A model generated the notes under the pieces. That model saw only the letters and a list, made by a program, of their open reading frames with translations. It did no database searches and was not told where the DNA came from. The position numbers were made by a program, and so were the translations under genes. Below, one piece after another: positions 6,710 through 15,932 of a DNA stretch of 25,342 nt. Within the stretch, counting starts at the first letter, position 1, and each line of letters starts with the position of its first letter. The DNA comes from a virus (Duplodnaviria > Caudoviricetes). Where the stretch lies: positions 1-25,342 of IMG/VR virus record IMGVR_UViG_3300038829_000109. One strand, written 5' to 3'.

Positions 6710-8035
6710 ATGAACTGGAAATTCTGGCAGCGCCACGCGGCTCCGGCGATTGTTGACGCGTCACCGGAGAATCCGAGCACCCTTCTCTCGAATCCCGCCT
6801 CGTGGCTCGCCGATCTATTCGGCGGATCAACCGACGCGGGCGTCACCGTCACGGAATCCAGCAGCATGAAGACCAGCGCGGTCTATGCCTGCGTCAATCT
6901 TATTGCCAAAACCATCGGCTCCCTGCCGTTGAAGGTCTACCGTCGGAAAGCCGACGGCGAATCCGTCGAAGTCCCCGACACGCTCCCGTACTACCTCCTG
7001 CACGACGAACCGAATCCGGCCATGACCTCCTGCGTCTGGCGGGAATTTCTCGCGGCGAACGTGCTGCTCGGGGGCAACTCCTATGCGGCCATCGGGCGCA
7101 ACCAAGCCAATCAAGTCATCGATCTGTTTCCTGTTCATCACAATCTCGTGACCCCGAAGCTGATCGGCGGTCGCAACAAATATGTTGTCGACGTGGGCGG
7201 CAGCAAGACGGAAACCATCGATCAATCCGACATGATCCATGTGCCGGGGTCTATGTTCGACGGCGTGAAGGGCTTGTCGATCATCACCTGCGCTGCTCGG
7301 CAAGCCGTGGGACTTGCCCTCGCGACCGAGCAGCACGGCTCGAAATTGTTTTCGAACGGCGCCCGTCTGGGTGTGGTCATGAAGCACCCGAAGACCCTGA
7401 GCCGTGACGCACAGATTCGGCTGAAGCAGCAGTTCGATCAACAGCAGGGCGGCTTGTCGAACGCCTTCAAATCGATGATCTTGGAAGAAGGCCTCGACGT
7501 GACGAATATCAGCATGACCAGCGAAGATGCTCAGTTCCTCGAAACACGCCGCTTCCAAGTCGAAGACATCGCCCGGTTTTTCGGCGTCCCGCCACACATG
7601 ATCGGCCATACCGATAAGCAGACGAGCTGGGGGACCGGCGTCGAGCAGAACACCCTCGGATATTTGATTTTCACCGTGATTCCCTGGCTCACGCGCTTCG
7701 AGCAGGAATTGAATCGCAAACTCTTTCCGCGTTCGCCGTTCTATGCGCAGTTCAAAGTGCAGGGCCTCATGCGCGGGGACTCGAAGGCGCGGTCGGATTA
7801 CTATTCCAGCGGGCATCAGAACGGCTGGCTCACCACGAACGAAATCCGGAAGGCCGAAGATCTGCCGCCGGTGCCGGGTGGCGACACCCTCTTTGTGCAA
7901 ACCAATCTGGCCCCGATGCAGCAACTTCTCAGCGGGGGTGTCCCGGCACCGGGCAGGCCGCGCAATGAACTCGCGGCGATCGAGGACGACTGGTCTGCGA
8001 TTGCGCCGAAACTCACCTGGAGCGACCGATGCTAA
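6710..8035 (+). CDS. Phage portal protein, HK97 family
   Basis: AVYACVNLIAKTIGSLPL, LLHDEPN, DAQFLETRRFQVEDIARFFGVPPHMIG, GWLTTNEIRKAEDLPPVPGGD. Confidence 0.97.
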   Translation: MNWKFWQRHAAPAIVDASPENPSTLLSNPASWLADLFGGSTDAGVTVTESSSMKTSAVYACVNLIAKTIGSLPLKVYRRKADGESVEVPDTLPYYLLHDEPNPAMTSCVWREFLAANVLLGGNSYAAIGRNQANQVIDLFPVHHNLVTPKLIGGRNKYVVDVGGSKTETIDQSDMIHVPGSMFDGVKGLSIITCAARQAVGLALATEQHGSKLFSNGARLGVVMKHPKTLSRDAQIRLKQQFDQQQGGLSNAFKSMILEEGLDVTNISMTSEDAQFLETRRFQVEDIARFFGVPPHMIGHTDKQTSWGTGVEQNTLGYLIFTVIPWLTRFEQELNRKLFPRSPFYAQFKVQGLMRGDSKARSDYYSSGHQNGWLTTNEIRKAEDLPPVPGGDTLFVQTNLAPMQQLLSGGVPAPGRPRNELAAIEDDWSAIAPKLTWSDRC

Positions 8036-8772
8036 AGTCTATCCGACGGCAGGCCATTGCGGCGCACGCGCGGTCATGGTTTTCTATTCAGTCGAAAGCC
8101 GAGTCTGACCACGCCGAAATCATGATCTATGACTACATCGGTTGGGGCGGCGTCACGGCGGCCGATTTTGTCGCTGCACTGAAAGCGATCACCGCCAAGA
8201 CCATCACCGTGCGGATCAATACGCCGGGCGGCGACGTGTTCGACGGCCTCGCCATTTTCAACAGTCTCAAAGATCACGGGGCACAGATCCACGTCAAGGT
8301 GGACGGCATTGCCGCCAGTATCGGCAGCATCATTGCGATGGCTGGGCACACCATCACCATGGGCGAGTCGGCCTTCATGATGATTCATAACCCCTGGGCC
8401 GTGTCCATTGGGAATGCGGCGGATCTGCGCCAGATGGCCGCCCTTCTCGACAAGATCGGGGGCAGTCTCGCTGGGATATATGCCGTGCGCGCCAAGACAT
8501 CGACAGAACAGGCGCAAGCCTGGATGGATACCGAGACCTGGTTTACGGCGGAGGAGGCGCAGGCGGCTGGATTGGCCGATGCCGTGCAGCGGATCGAGGC
8601 GAGCGCAGGGGCGCAGGCCCGGTTCGATCTGTCGGGCTACGCCAAAGTGCCGGCCGCTCTCACGGCCCCTCTCGCCCCATCATCCACCACCCCAGATGCA
8701 GATAGTGTGCGACAGGCGGCACTCATGCGCAACCGGCTGGCGCTCGTCGCGCGCGGCGAGCGGTCACAATAA
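8029..8772 (+). CDS. ClpP-type prohead maturation protease
   Basis: RINTPGGDVFDGLAIFN, DGIAASIGS (catalytic Ser), MMIHNPW (His), ETWFTAEEA; lies between portal and capsid. Confidence 0.95.
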   Translation: MLKSIRRQAIAAHARSWFSIQSKAESDHAEIMIYDYIGWGGVTAADFVAALKAITAKTITVRINTPGGDVFDGLAIFNSLKDHGAQIHVKVDGIAASIGSIIAMAGHTITMGESAFMMIHNPWAVSIGNAADLRQMAALLDKIGGSLAGIYAVRAKTSTEQAQAWMDTETWFTAEEAQAAGLADAVQRIEASAGAQARFDLSGYAKVPAALTAPLAPSSTTPDADSVRQAALMRNRLALVARGERSQ

Positions 8773-8787
8773 CCAAGGAGGAGTCCC

Positions 8788-10026
8788 ATGTCATTACAGA
8801 AGATTAAGGCTTTGCGGGAAGAGCGCTTCAAACTCGTGACGGATGCGCAGGCCATTCTGAAGAAAGAGACGATGACCCCGGCGGATGAGCAGAAGTTCGA
8901 CGCGCTCATGCTGGAGGTCGATGCGAAGAAGGCGGAGATCGACCGGCGCGAACGGGCACTGGCCGCCGAGCACGAGCTGGGGTCTCGCGTGGAGCAGCGC
9001 GCGGGCCGTGACGGCCTCTCGATTGCCGACGCGAAAGATCAGGCGGAGAAGGAAAGTGGCATCTTTAAGAAGTGGCTCTTGGGCGGCATGCAGGATCTGT
9101 CGGACACGGAGCGCGCCTTCATGCAGTGCCGGTCCGCGCCCGTCATTCAGGCCGCGCAGGGCGTCGGCACGACCACGGCGGGTGGATTTTTGGTCCCGCA
9201 GTCGTTCAGCGATCGCCTGGAGGTGGCGCTCAAGTTTTATAGCGGCATGATGGAGAATGCCGAGATCATCGAAACTGATAGCGGCGCACCGATCCCGTGG
9301 CCGACCGTGAACGACACGACGCAGGTGGGGGCGCTACTCGCGGAGAATACGACGCTCGGCGCGCAGGACGTGACGTTCAGCAGCGTCACACTCAATGCGT
9401 TCATGTACACCTCGAAACTGATCGCCGTCTCCTTGCAGCTCATGCAGGACAGCTTTTTGAACGTCGACAATCTCGTCGCGGATCTGGCCGGCCAGCGGCT
9501 GGGACGTATCTGGAACACCGACTTTACGGTCGGGGCCGGCACCACGCTGCCGAAGGGCATTGTTGTGGCCGCGGCCTCCGGTAAAGTTGGGATCGCCGGG
9601 CAAACCACCAGCGTGATCTACGACGATCTCATCGATCTCATTCACAGCGTCGATTCCGCCTACCGTCGCGGCTCGAAGTGGATGGCCAACGATGCCTCCA
9701 TCAAGGTCGTGCGCAAATTGAAGGATTCGCAAAACCGTCCGCTCTGGGAGCCGTCGGTGCAGGCCGGACAGCCAGACACCCTGCTGGGCTATCCGGTCGT
9801 CACGAACAACGATGTGGCGGTCATGGCCGCCAACGCGAAGAGCATCGTGTTCGGGGCGCTCAATAAGTACAAGGTCCGCCGGGTGCGCGGCGTCACCCTG
9901 ATGCGGTTAACCGAGCGGTATGCGGACAACTTACAGGTCGGGTTCTTCGCCTTCGCCCGCGTGGACGGCAACCTGATCGACGCCGGGACGAACCCGGTCA
10001 AGTATTACGCCAACAGCGCGACATAG
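8788..10026 (+). CDS. Major capsid protein, HK97 fold, with N-terminal coiled-coil delta domain
   Basis: AGGFLVP, LKDSQNRPLW, TLLGYPVV, VGFFAFARVDG; AAGGAGG SD. Confidence 0.97.
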   Translation: MSLQKIKALREERFKLVTDAQAILKKETMTPADEQKFDALMLEVDAKKAEIDRRERALAAEHELGSRVEQRAGRDGLSIADAKDQAEKESGIFKKWLLGGMQDLSDTERAFMQCRSAPVIQAAQGVGTTTAGGFLVPQSFSDRLEVALKFYSGMMENAEIIETDSGAPIPWPTVNDTTQVGALLAENTTLGAQDVTFSSVTLNAFMYTSKLIAVSLQLMQDSFLNVDNLVADLAGQRLGRIWNTDFTVGAGTTLPKGIVVAAASGKVGIAGQTTSVIYDDLIDLIHSVDSAYRRGSKWMANDASIKVVRKLKDSQNRPLWEPSVQAGQPDTLLGYPVVTNNDVAVMAANAKSIVFGALNKYKVRRVRGVTLMRLTERYADNLQVGFFAFARVDGNLIDAGTNPVKYYANSAT

Positions 10027-10056
10027 CTCCGTGCTGTTCGCGTGGTGATCGTGGCC

Positions 10057-10080
10057 GCCGGGAGGTCTCGGCCTTCCGGC
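10057..10080 (+). terminator. GC-rich hairpin after the capsid gene (terminator-like or RNA-stabilising)
   Basis: GCCGGGAGG-TCTCGG-CCTTCCGGC, 9-bp stem with one G-U; no clear U-tract. Confidence 0.45.
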
Positions 10081-10117
10081 GCTGTAAACGGAACGGGTCT
10101 CACTGAAGGAGGGTGTC

Positions 10118-10270
10118 ATGGAGGACGAAAAAGACAAGATGACGCAGTTCAAGAACGGCGTCAGTTGGGCTGGCGAGAATTTCTCGTATGCGCCGGGCGA
10201 CGTGATTTCGCTCAAGGAATCCATCGCGCGGGCGCGTGAAGAGGCGGGTCTCGGCACCTGCATCAAGTAA
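10118..10270 (+). CDS. Small capsid-associated hypothetical protein (50 aa; absent from the ORF track)
   Basis: AAGGAGG SD; MEDEKDKMTQFKNGVSWAGENFSYAPGDVISLKESIARAREEAGLGTCIK. The GDVI...A...AG pattern is typical of small proteins encoded right after capsid genes. Confidence 0.75.
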   Translation: MEDEKDKMTQFKNGVSWAGENFSYAPGDVISLKESIARAREEAGLGTCIK

Positions 10271-10294
10271 TCAGCGAGAGGATGGACTCGACCC

Positions 10295-10864
10295 ATGGCC
10301 CTCACCACCGTCCCAGCCTGCAAAGCGTTTCGCGGCATTCCCGGCGATAATCGGGAGCATGACGCTGAACTCGCGCGGCTGATCGATGCGGTGCAGGCGT
10401 TTCTGGAGCTGGAATGTGAACGCACCTTTGAGCAGGCGACCGTGACGGAATACTTCCACGGGGACGACTGGCGTGATCTACTGATCGTGGCCCGTCCGCC
10501 GCTCATCAGCATCACGAATCTCTGGGACGATCCGCTGCGCGTGTACGCCACGCCGCTGGCGGCCTCCGGTTATGTGATGGACGACGCCGAGGCGGGGATC
10601 ATTCGCCTCGACGGCATCACGTTCAGCAAAGGCATCCGGAACATCAAGCTCACTTATGTCGGCGGCTTTGCCACGATCCCGACGGATCTGGAGCAGGCCG
10701 CCATCGAACTGGTGTGGGCTGCGCGAGAGAAGGGCGTAAACAATCTCGTGGGCGTGCGGTCGCGGTCTGTGGCCGACGGGAATGTGCAATACGTGAATCT
10801 GGGTTGGGGGAGCCTCGTGGACGACATTGTGAGCCAGTACCGCCTGCATACGGGGGTGGCCTGA
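10295..10864 (+). CDS. Head-tail connector/adaptor (HK97 gp6 / SPP1 gp15-like)
   Basis: D.EL..LI.A....E..C.R.F, NIKLTYVGG, IPTDLEQA; position after the capsid gene. Confidence 0.85.
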   Translation: MALTTVPACKAFRGIPGDNREHDAELARLIDAVQAFLELECERTFEQATVTEYFHGDDWRDLLIVARPPLISITNLWDDPLRVYATPLAASGYVMDDAEAGIIRLDGITFSKGIRNIKLTYVGGFATIPTDLEQAAIELVWAAREKGVNNLVGVRSRSVADGNVQYVNLGWGSLVDDIVSQYRLHTGVA

Positions 10865-11259
10865 TGGCGGTGCGCCTGAAGCTGCATGGGGTGGGCCTCC
10901 TGAACTATGCCAAGGAAGGCAAGGCGGCCGTCCAGCGCATTCGCAAAGCGATGCGCCGGGTGCTGAACGTCGGACGGAAAGAAGCCCGGCAGAAAATCGC
11001 GAGTGAATTCTCGGTGCGCACCGGATTTCTGCGTCGGCAATCTCGGAGGATGCAAGTGAAAGTGAGTGTGAGGGCTGATGAGATCAAGGGGCAGGTGACG
11101 CCGTTGCCGCGGCTGCTGAATATCTTTGAGGGCGGGGCGACATTGAAGTCTGGCCGCGGGATGTTGCAGGCGCGGCCGGTCGTGGGGCCGGGCCAGCGGG
11201 CGATGGACGCGGTGGCACGCGAGGAGTTCGACCAGGTGCTGCGCGAGGTGGGGCGATGA
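10864..11259 (+). CDS. Neck/tail-completion protein (HK97 gp10 / lambda Z-like)
   Basis: TGATG overlap gives MAVRLKLHG...; basic protein with VRTGFLRR, IFEGG and ARPVV. Confidence 0.7.
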   Translation: MAVRLKLHGVGLLNYAKEGKAAVQRIRKAMRRVLNVGRKEARQKIASEFSVRTGFLRRQSRRMQVKVSVRADEIKGQVTPLPRLLNIFEGGATLKSGRGMLQARPVVGPGQRAMDAVAREEFDQVLREVGR

Positions 11260-11702
11260 GCGGCGCGATCAGTACGCGCACGGTTGTGCGGGATGCGGTG
11301 GTGCAGGCGCTGCGCGGGCGACTCACGGATCCGCAGGTGCGCATGCGGACGTACGATATCAGTCAGAATTATCTGACGGCGCAGGAGTGCAAGCGGTTTC
11401 CGACCTATTGCGTGGTGGTCTCGGATGAATCGCCCGGCGCGCTCACGTTGACCGCGCGCGAGTTTCAAATGGTGGTGCTGCTCGTCCTCTACGTGCGGGA
11501 CGAGGACGATACGCGGGCGGTGCTCGATGCCGTCATTGAGGATGTGTACGAGACGATGCTGACGGTTCAGCGAGGATTAGGCGCGGCTGGATGGAAGCTG
11601 GTGCTGGAGAGTCTGAGTAGCGATGAAGGCACGACGATCGCGAACCCGCATGCGCAGTGCGTGCAACGCTGGATCTGTCACCACAGTCGGGCAGCAGTCT
11701 GA
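11256..11702 (+). CDS. Putative tail terminator
   Basis: Size, position immediately before the tail tube gene, ATGA coupling. Confidence 0.65.
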   Translation: MSGAISTRTVVRDAVVQALRGRLTDPQVRMRTYDISQNYLTAQECKRFPTYCVVVSDESPGALTLTAREFQMVVLLVLYVRDEDDTRAVLDAVIEDVYETMLTVQRGLGAAGWKLVLESLSSDEGTTIANPHAQCVQRWICHHSRAAV

Positions 11703-11720
11703 CGATAACGCAAGGAGGGC

Positions 11721-12161
11721 ATGATGACCAGTGCGGCAATTTCAGCCTACGGAACACTACTGAAGCGGGAGACCTCGTCCGGCAGCGGGACGTTCGTGAC
11801 GGTCGCGGAAGTGAAGAGCATGACCGGGCCGGGGATGTCGGTCGATGTGTTGGATGTCACTACGCACAGCTCTGCGGCCGCGGGGGCGTGGCGGGAGAAG
11901 CGGCCGAGTCTGATCGATCCTGGAGAAGTGTCCTTTCCGATCAATCTCGTGCCGGCGTCCGCCGGACATAAGGCGTTGCTGTTAGATTTCGTCACGCGGG
12001 CGCTCGTGAATTACAAAATCGTGTTTTCCGATCCTGGGTTGACGGAGTGGACGTTTAATAATTGTTTCATCAGCCAGTTCAGCGCGAAGGCGGAAATTGA
12101 AGGCGTGCTAGAAGCGGATCTCACCTTGACCCTGAGCGGCGCGCCGACGTTCCCGGCGTAA
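11721..12161 (+). CDS. Major tail tube protein
   Basis: VAEVKSMTGPGMSVDVLDVTTH, LIDPGEVSF, LTLSGAP (lambda gpV N-domain-like); AAGGAGG SD. Confidence 0.9.
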   Translation: MMTSAAISAYGTLLKRETSSGSGTFVTVAEVKSMTGPGMSVDVLDVTTHSSAAAGAWREKRPSLIDPGEVSFPINLVPASAGHKALLLDFVTRALVNYKIVFSDPGLTEWTFNNCFISQFSAKAEIEGVLEADLTLTLSGAPTFPA

Positions 12162-12211
12162 CGGTGGCCGTCCACGGTTCTCTGATCTCATTGCGAATGG
12201 AGGAGTAAATC

Positions 12212-12571
12212 ATGGCACGAAAGACGATTCCGGTGATCAGTCCGAAGGGTCCGTATCCCGGCGTGGTGGCCGCCAACGCGCTGGATTTTGTGTTTACCAC
12301 GGCCGACAGCGTGAATTTTGATGAGTTCGCGCTCACCGGGCGAGAGTTGCTCATTGTGCGCAATTCGACCGCGGGCGCCTTGACCGTCACGCTGTCCAGT
12401 GCCGCGGACCCGCAAGGGCGCTCGCAGGATGTGACGGCCTATTCACTGAGTGCCGGGGAGTTCGCCTGTTTCTGGGTGGGGAACATCGTGGGCTGGGATC
12501 AGGCGGGGAAGTTCTTTCTGCAATCCTCGGCCTCGACGATGGACTATGCCGTGATTCGGATTCCCGGCTAA
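12212..12571 (+). CDS. Hypothetical beta-rich virion protein
   Basis: Strong GGAGGAG SD; GRELLIVRNST..LTVTL; lies between tube and chaperone genes. Confidence 0.75.
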   Translation: MARKTIPVISPKGPYPGVVAANALDFVFTTADSVNFDEFALTGRELLIVRNSTAGALTVTLSSAADPQGRSQDVTAYSLSAGEFACFWVGNIVGWDQAGKFFLQSSASTMDYAVIRIPG

Positions 12572-12599
12572 GTGCGAGGACGCCATTCACTTTCGGTCC

Positions 12600-12621
12600 G
12601 GCGGTGAGCGGGCTCATCGCC
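12600..12621 (+). terminator. Intergenic hairpin before the tail chaperone gene
   Basis: GGCGGTGAG-CGGG-CTCATCGCC; no U-tract. Confidence 0.4.
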
Positions 12622-12646
12622 TGATGCGACTTACAGCGAGGATGCG

Positions 12647-13063
12647 ATGACACAGACAGGATTGACGCGGGCGCAGATTCTCGGGACGAGCGATCTGCGA
12701 ATAGAAGCCGTGTTCGTGCCGGAATGGGGCGGGCTGGTCTACGTGCGTAGCTTGAGCGGCAAGGGGCGGGACGCGTTCGAGGGCTCGCGTATTCGGATTA
12801 AAGAAAACAACAAGGTGGAAATGGTCCACGACAACACGCGGGCCCGGCTCCTCGCGCTCACCGTGTGCGATGCGCAGGGCACGCGGCTGTTTACCGAAGA
12901 GGACATTGCGGCGTTGGGCGAGAAGGATGCGGCGGCGTTGGATCGCGTGTTTCAGGTGGCGCAGCGGCTCTCGGCGTTGCGCCCGGAAGATTTGGACGAC
13001 AAGCTAAAAAACTCCGCAGCCGCCCAGCCCGGCAATTCGTCTTCACCCTCGCCCTCGCCCTAG
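12647..13063 (+). CDS. Tail assembly chaperone (gpG-like)
   Basis: VFVPEWGGLVYVRSLSG, CDAQGTRLF, ends with LKN at the slippery site. Confidence 0.9.
   Translation: MTQTGLTRAQILGTSDLRIEAVFVPEWGGLVYVRSLSGKGRDAFEGSRIRIKENNKVEMVHDNTRARLLALTVCDAQGTRLFTEEDIAALGEKDAAALDRVFQVAQRLSALRPEDLDDKLKNSAAAQPGNSSSPSPSP
13006..13012 (+). promoter_or_regulatory. Programmed -1 ribosomal frameshift site A AAA AAC
   Basis: CTA AAA AAC in the G frame fits X XXY YYZ; the -1 frame is open to 13338. Confidence 0.88.
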
Positions 13064-13338
13064 GGCGCACCGTCAGCGAATTGCTCGACGCGATTTCGTC
13101 AGAGGAATTGCTGGAGTGGGCGGCGTTTTATCAGATCAACCCGTTCGGGCCTGCGCGCGGCGATGTGCAGGCGGGGATTGTGGCGAGCACCATGGCGAAC
13201 ATCCATGCGCGGAAGGGGCACTCCTTTAAGCCGGCGGACTTTCTGCCGACGTTCGGCACGGTCCCGGCGCGCACGCCCGCCATGCCGCCGGCGGAGATTC
13301 ACGCCGCGCTCTCACGGATGTTCCGGAGGCCGTCGTGA
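13006..13338 (+). CDS. gpT portion of the G-T frameshift chaperone (DUF4035-like)
   Basis: LALALGRTVSELL..ISSEELLEWAAFY..NPFG..RGD..AGIVAS..AN...DF; ends overlapping the tape measure start. Confidence 0.85.
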   Translation, partial: KKLRSRPARQFVFTLALALGRTVSELLDAISSEELLEWAAFYQINPFGPARGDVQAGIVASTMANIHARKGHSFKPADFLPTFGTVPARTPAMPPAEIHAALSRMFRRPS

Positions 13339-15932
13339 GTGCCCTCACTCTACAACTGATTGCCGATGCCAACAGTCTCATCAAGGGCCTGCAAGCCGCA
13401 CAGGCGCAGGTCGATCAATTTACACGCGCGGCCGGCGAGGCGGGACAGACACTCGGCGGCGGGATCAATCGGGCCTTGAGCGCCTTTCGCGGTCTGGCTG
13501 GCGGCGGAGCCGCGGCAGCCGGGGTGCTGGCCGGTGCGTTTGTGGCGGCGGCGGCGGCGGGGACCGCGCTCGCGCTCTCCACGGCGCGGCAAGCGGAAGA
13601 GCTTGAACAGCTCAGCGACCTCACGGGGATCAATACCGACACCCTCCAAGAATATGATGTGTTGTTAAGCCGGGTCGGCGGCTCGGTCGACGATGTGGCC
13701 GTGATGATGAAAACGTTGTCACGCAATGTCGAAGAGGCCAAGACCGGCACCGGCCACGCGGCGGACCGCTTTCGGCAGCTCGGCATCGACATCACAAAAA
13801 TCTCCGGCACCGACGACCTCATTCGGAAAATTGCCGACGCGATGGCGCAGATGGCGAACGGGACCGACAAAGCGGCGATCGGCAGCGAGCTGATCGGGAA
13901 ATCATGGACCAAGCTGGCGCCCGTGTTTGAGGGCGGCTCGCAGGCTATCGACGCGGCTGCGCGGGCCTCTCGGCAGCTCGGCGACACCCTGTCCGCCTTT
14001 CAGCTCGGCGTGCTGAGCACGATGGATACGGCGGTCGACGATCTGGGCATCGCCTGGAAGCGGTTCGGCCAACAGGTTGGGGCGTTCGTCGCGCCGGCGG
14101 TTGAGGCCGTGTCGAACGCGCTGACGGCTCTGCTGGCGATCGGTTCACACGTGTTTCGCGCGCTGAATGTGGCGGCGGACACGCTGGCCATTCGTCTGCT
14201 GCATGTTGGCCTCGCGGCGGAGGAAGTCGTGTCGGTGCTCTTCTCCTCTTCGGTCTTGTCCGGAGATGCCTGGAAACAGACGGCGGAGAATTTGCGGCTC
14301 ATCGATGCCGAGGCGGCCAAGCTCATCGCAAAGCGCCGGGCCATCGACGCGATCGGCGCGCCACCGGAGTTGCGGGCCCCGCCGCCGGCCGTGATCGATA
14401 CGGCCAAGCTCTCGCAGCAGCAACAAGCGCTGATCGATGCGCAGATCAAAGCCAGCGACGCCGGATTTAAGCAAGAGGCGGCGTTACAACAGGCGCGGCT
14501 GGCGAATTGGCTGGCGACTCTAGAGGCCGCGCAGGCCGCCGGAATTCGGACCGACGACGAGGTGGCGACGGCGCGGCAGTCCGCGCTCGCCGAGATGGAC
14601 GGGTTCACCGTCGAAAGTTTACGGCGGCAGCTCTCGAACTATGAGGCGTTTGTGGCCGCGAAGGCGAAGCTCTTCACGGCCGACGACAAGGGCGCGGCGG
14701 ATCGCGCGAAATTTACCGTCGAGGCGGCGCAGCGGCAACTCGATCTCGCGAATCAGTTGGCCGTCGCCACCGTGGCGGCGGATACCACGCGCATTCAGTC
14801 GGGCGCCGCGGTCCTGGCCGCCGCGAAGGCGACCCGGTTACAGCCGCTGGACGATGAGGTTGCGAAATACGCGGCGCTCGAGGCGGCGCAGGCGCAGCTG
14901 TTTGCGACGGAAGGCGCGCTGTTCGGCGCATCCGATGCCGCGCGGCGCGTGCGGTTTGCCCTGATCGATGCGGAGGCCGACCGGCAGCGCGTGGTGATCG
15001 AGCAGACGATTGCGGGCGAGTCCCGCAAGGCGCAGGCGATCTTGAATCTTGAGGAGCAGGTCGATGCCAGGCGGCGGCAGGCGATTGCCTCGTTTCCCTC
15101 GTTCTTTGAGCAGCAGATGTCCGCGCTCGTGGCGAGCAACGCGTTTTCGGTTGGACAGATCGTGAGCACCTGGACCAGCGGCCTGGCGAATGCCGTCGTC
15201 ACGGGCGGGAATTTCGTGAAGGCCGCCTGGCAATCCACGCAGGTGGCGATCCTGCAAGGCGTGCTCAATACCGGCGTGCAGCTCGCGGCGCAATGGGCGT
15301 TGCAGGCCTCGGTGGAGATGGGGATTCTCACGGCGAAAGAGGCGGCGAAGTTTGGGCTGAAGGCGACCTCGGAGGCCGCGCAGACGGCGGCGGCCATCGC
15401 GGGGGCTGAAGCGCGCGTGGCCGTCACGCAGGCCGAAGCCATTCAGGAGCAGGGCATTATGCTGGGGGCGCAAGCCACGATTCTCGGCATGTTCGCCACG
15501 GTCGGCAGCGCTCTGAAATTGATGTTCCTTGAAGTGCTGGTCCCGGCGGTCGTGGCGGTCGGCGCATTTGTCATGGGCGTGTTGAGTGCGATCGCGAGCG
15601 CCCTCACGGCCACGGTGTTTGGCATTCCGTTCGCCGGCGCGATTCTGCTGGGGGTCGTGGCGATTGCGGCGGCCTTGGCGGCCACGGGGAACCTCGGGTT
15701 CAAGGATGGCGGCATCGGCGATTTCGGTTCCGGCACCCCAGCCACCTTGCATGGGCCGGAAGCGATCATTCCGCTCAACAGCCGCGGCGCGGCGTTTATG
15801 CAGTCGGCGTTCGGGCGCGGCGGGCGAGAGCAGCAGACGATTCATACGCACGTGCATTTGAACGGGCGTGAGATGGCGCTGGCCATCAGCGATGCGCAGC
15901 CGGGGGCGCTGCGGACCATGGGGGCGTTCTAA
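13335..15932 (+). CDS. Tail tape measure protein (865 aa)
   Basis: Long Ala-rich helical protein after the chaperones; C-terminal FKDGG...LHGPEAIIPL and VHLNGRE. Confidence 0.93.
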   Translation: MSALTLQLIADANSLIKGLQAAQAQVDQFTRAAGEAGQTLGGGINRALSAFRGLAGGGAAAAGVLAGAFVAAAAAGTALALSTARQAEELEQLSDLTGINTDTLQEYDVLLSRVGGSVDDVAVMMKTLSRNVEEAKTGTGHAADRFRQLGIDITKISGTDDLIRKIADAMAQMANGTDKAAIGSELIGKSWTKLAPVFEGGSQAIDAAARASRQLGDTLSAFQLGVLSTMDTAVDDLGIAWKRFGQQVGAFVAPAVEAVSNALTALLAIGSHVFRALNVAADTLAIRLLHVGLAAEEVVSVLFSSSVLSGDAWKQTAENLRLIDAEAAKLIAKRRAIDAIGAPPELRAPPPAVIDTAKLSQQQQALIDAQIKASDAGFKQEAALQQARLANWLATLEAAQAAGIRTDDEVATARQSALAEMDGFTVESLRRQLSNYEAFVAAKAKLFTADDKGAADRAKFTVEAAQRQLDLANQLAVATVAADTTRIQSGAAVLAAAKATRLQPLDDEVAKYAALEAAQAQLFATEGALFGASDAARRVRFALIDAEADRQRVVIEQTIAGESRKAQAILNLEEQVDARRRQAIASFPSFFEQQMSALVASNAFSVGQIVSTWTSGLANAVVTGGNFVKAAWQSTQVAILQGVLNTGVQLAAQWALQASVEMGILTAKEAAKFGLKATSEAAQTAAAIAGAEARVAVTQAEAIQEQGIMLGAQATILGMFATVGSALKLMFLEVLVPAVVAVGAFVMGVLSAIASALTATVFGIPFAGAILLGVVAIAAALAATGNLGFKDGGIGDFGSGTPATLHGPEAIIPLNSRGAAFMQSAFGRGGREQQTIHTHVHLNGREMALAISDAQPGALRTMGAF

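Noticed and set aside
5570-6736. 388-aa minus-strand ORF across tnpB
   Set aside because: Antisense to tnpB, crosses the IS boundary and the tandem repeat, and has no protein motif.
10714-10863. Extended N-terminus of the neck gene; likewise the ORF-track starts at 843, 1007, 4792, 19179, 19747 and 22389
   Set aside because: Downstream starts have better SDs or stop/start overlaps and avoid long overlaps with the neighbouring genes.
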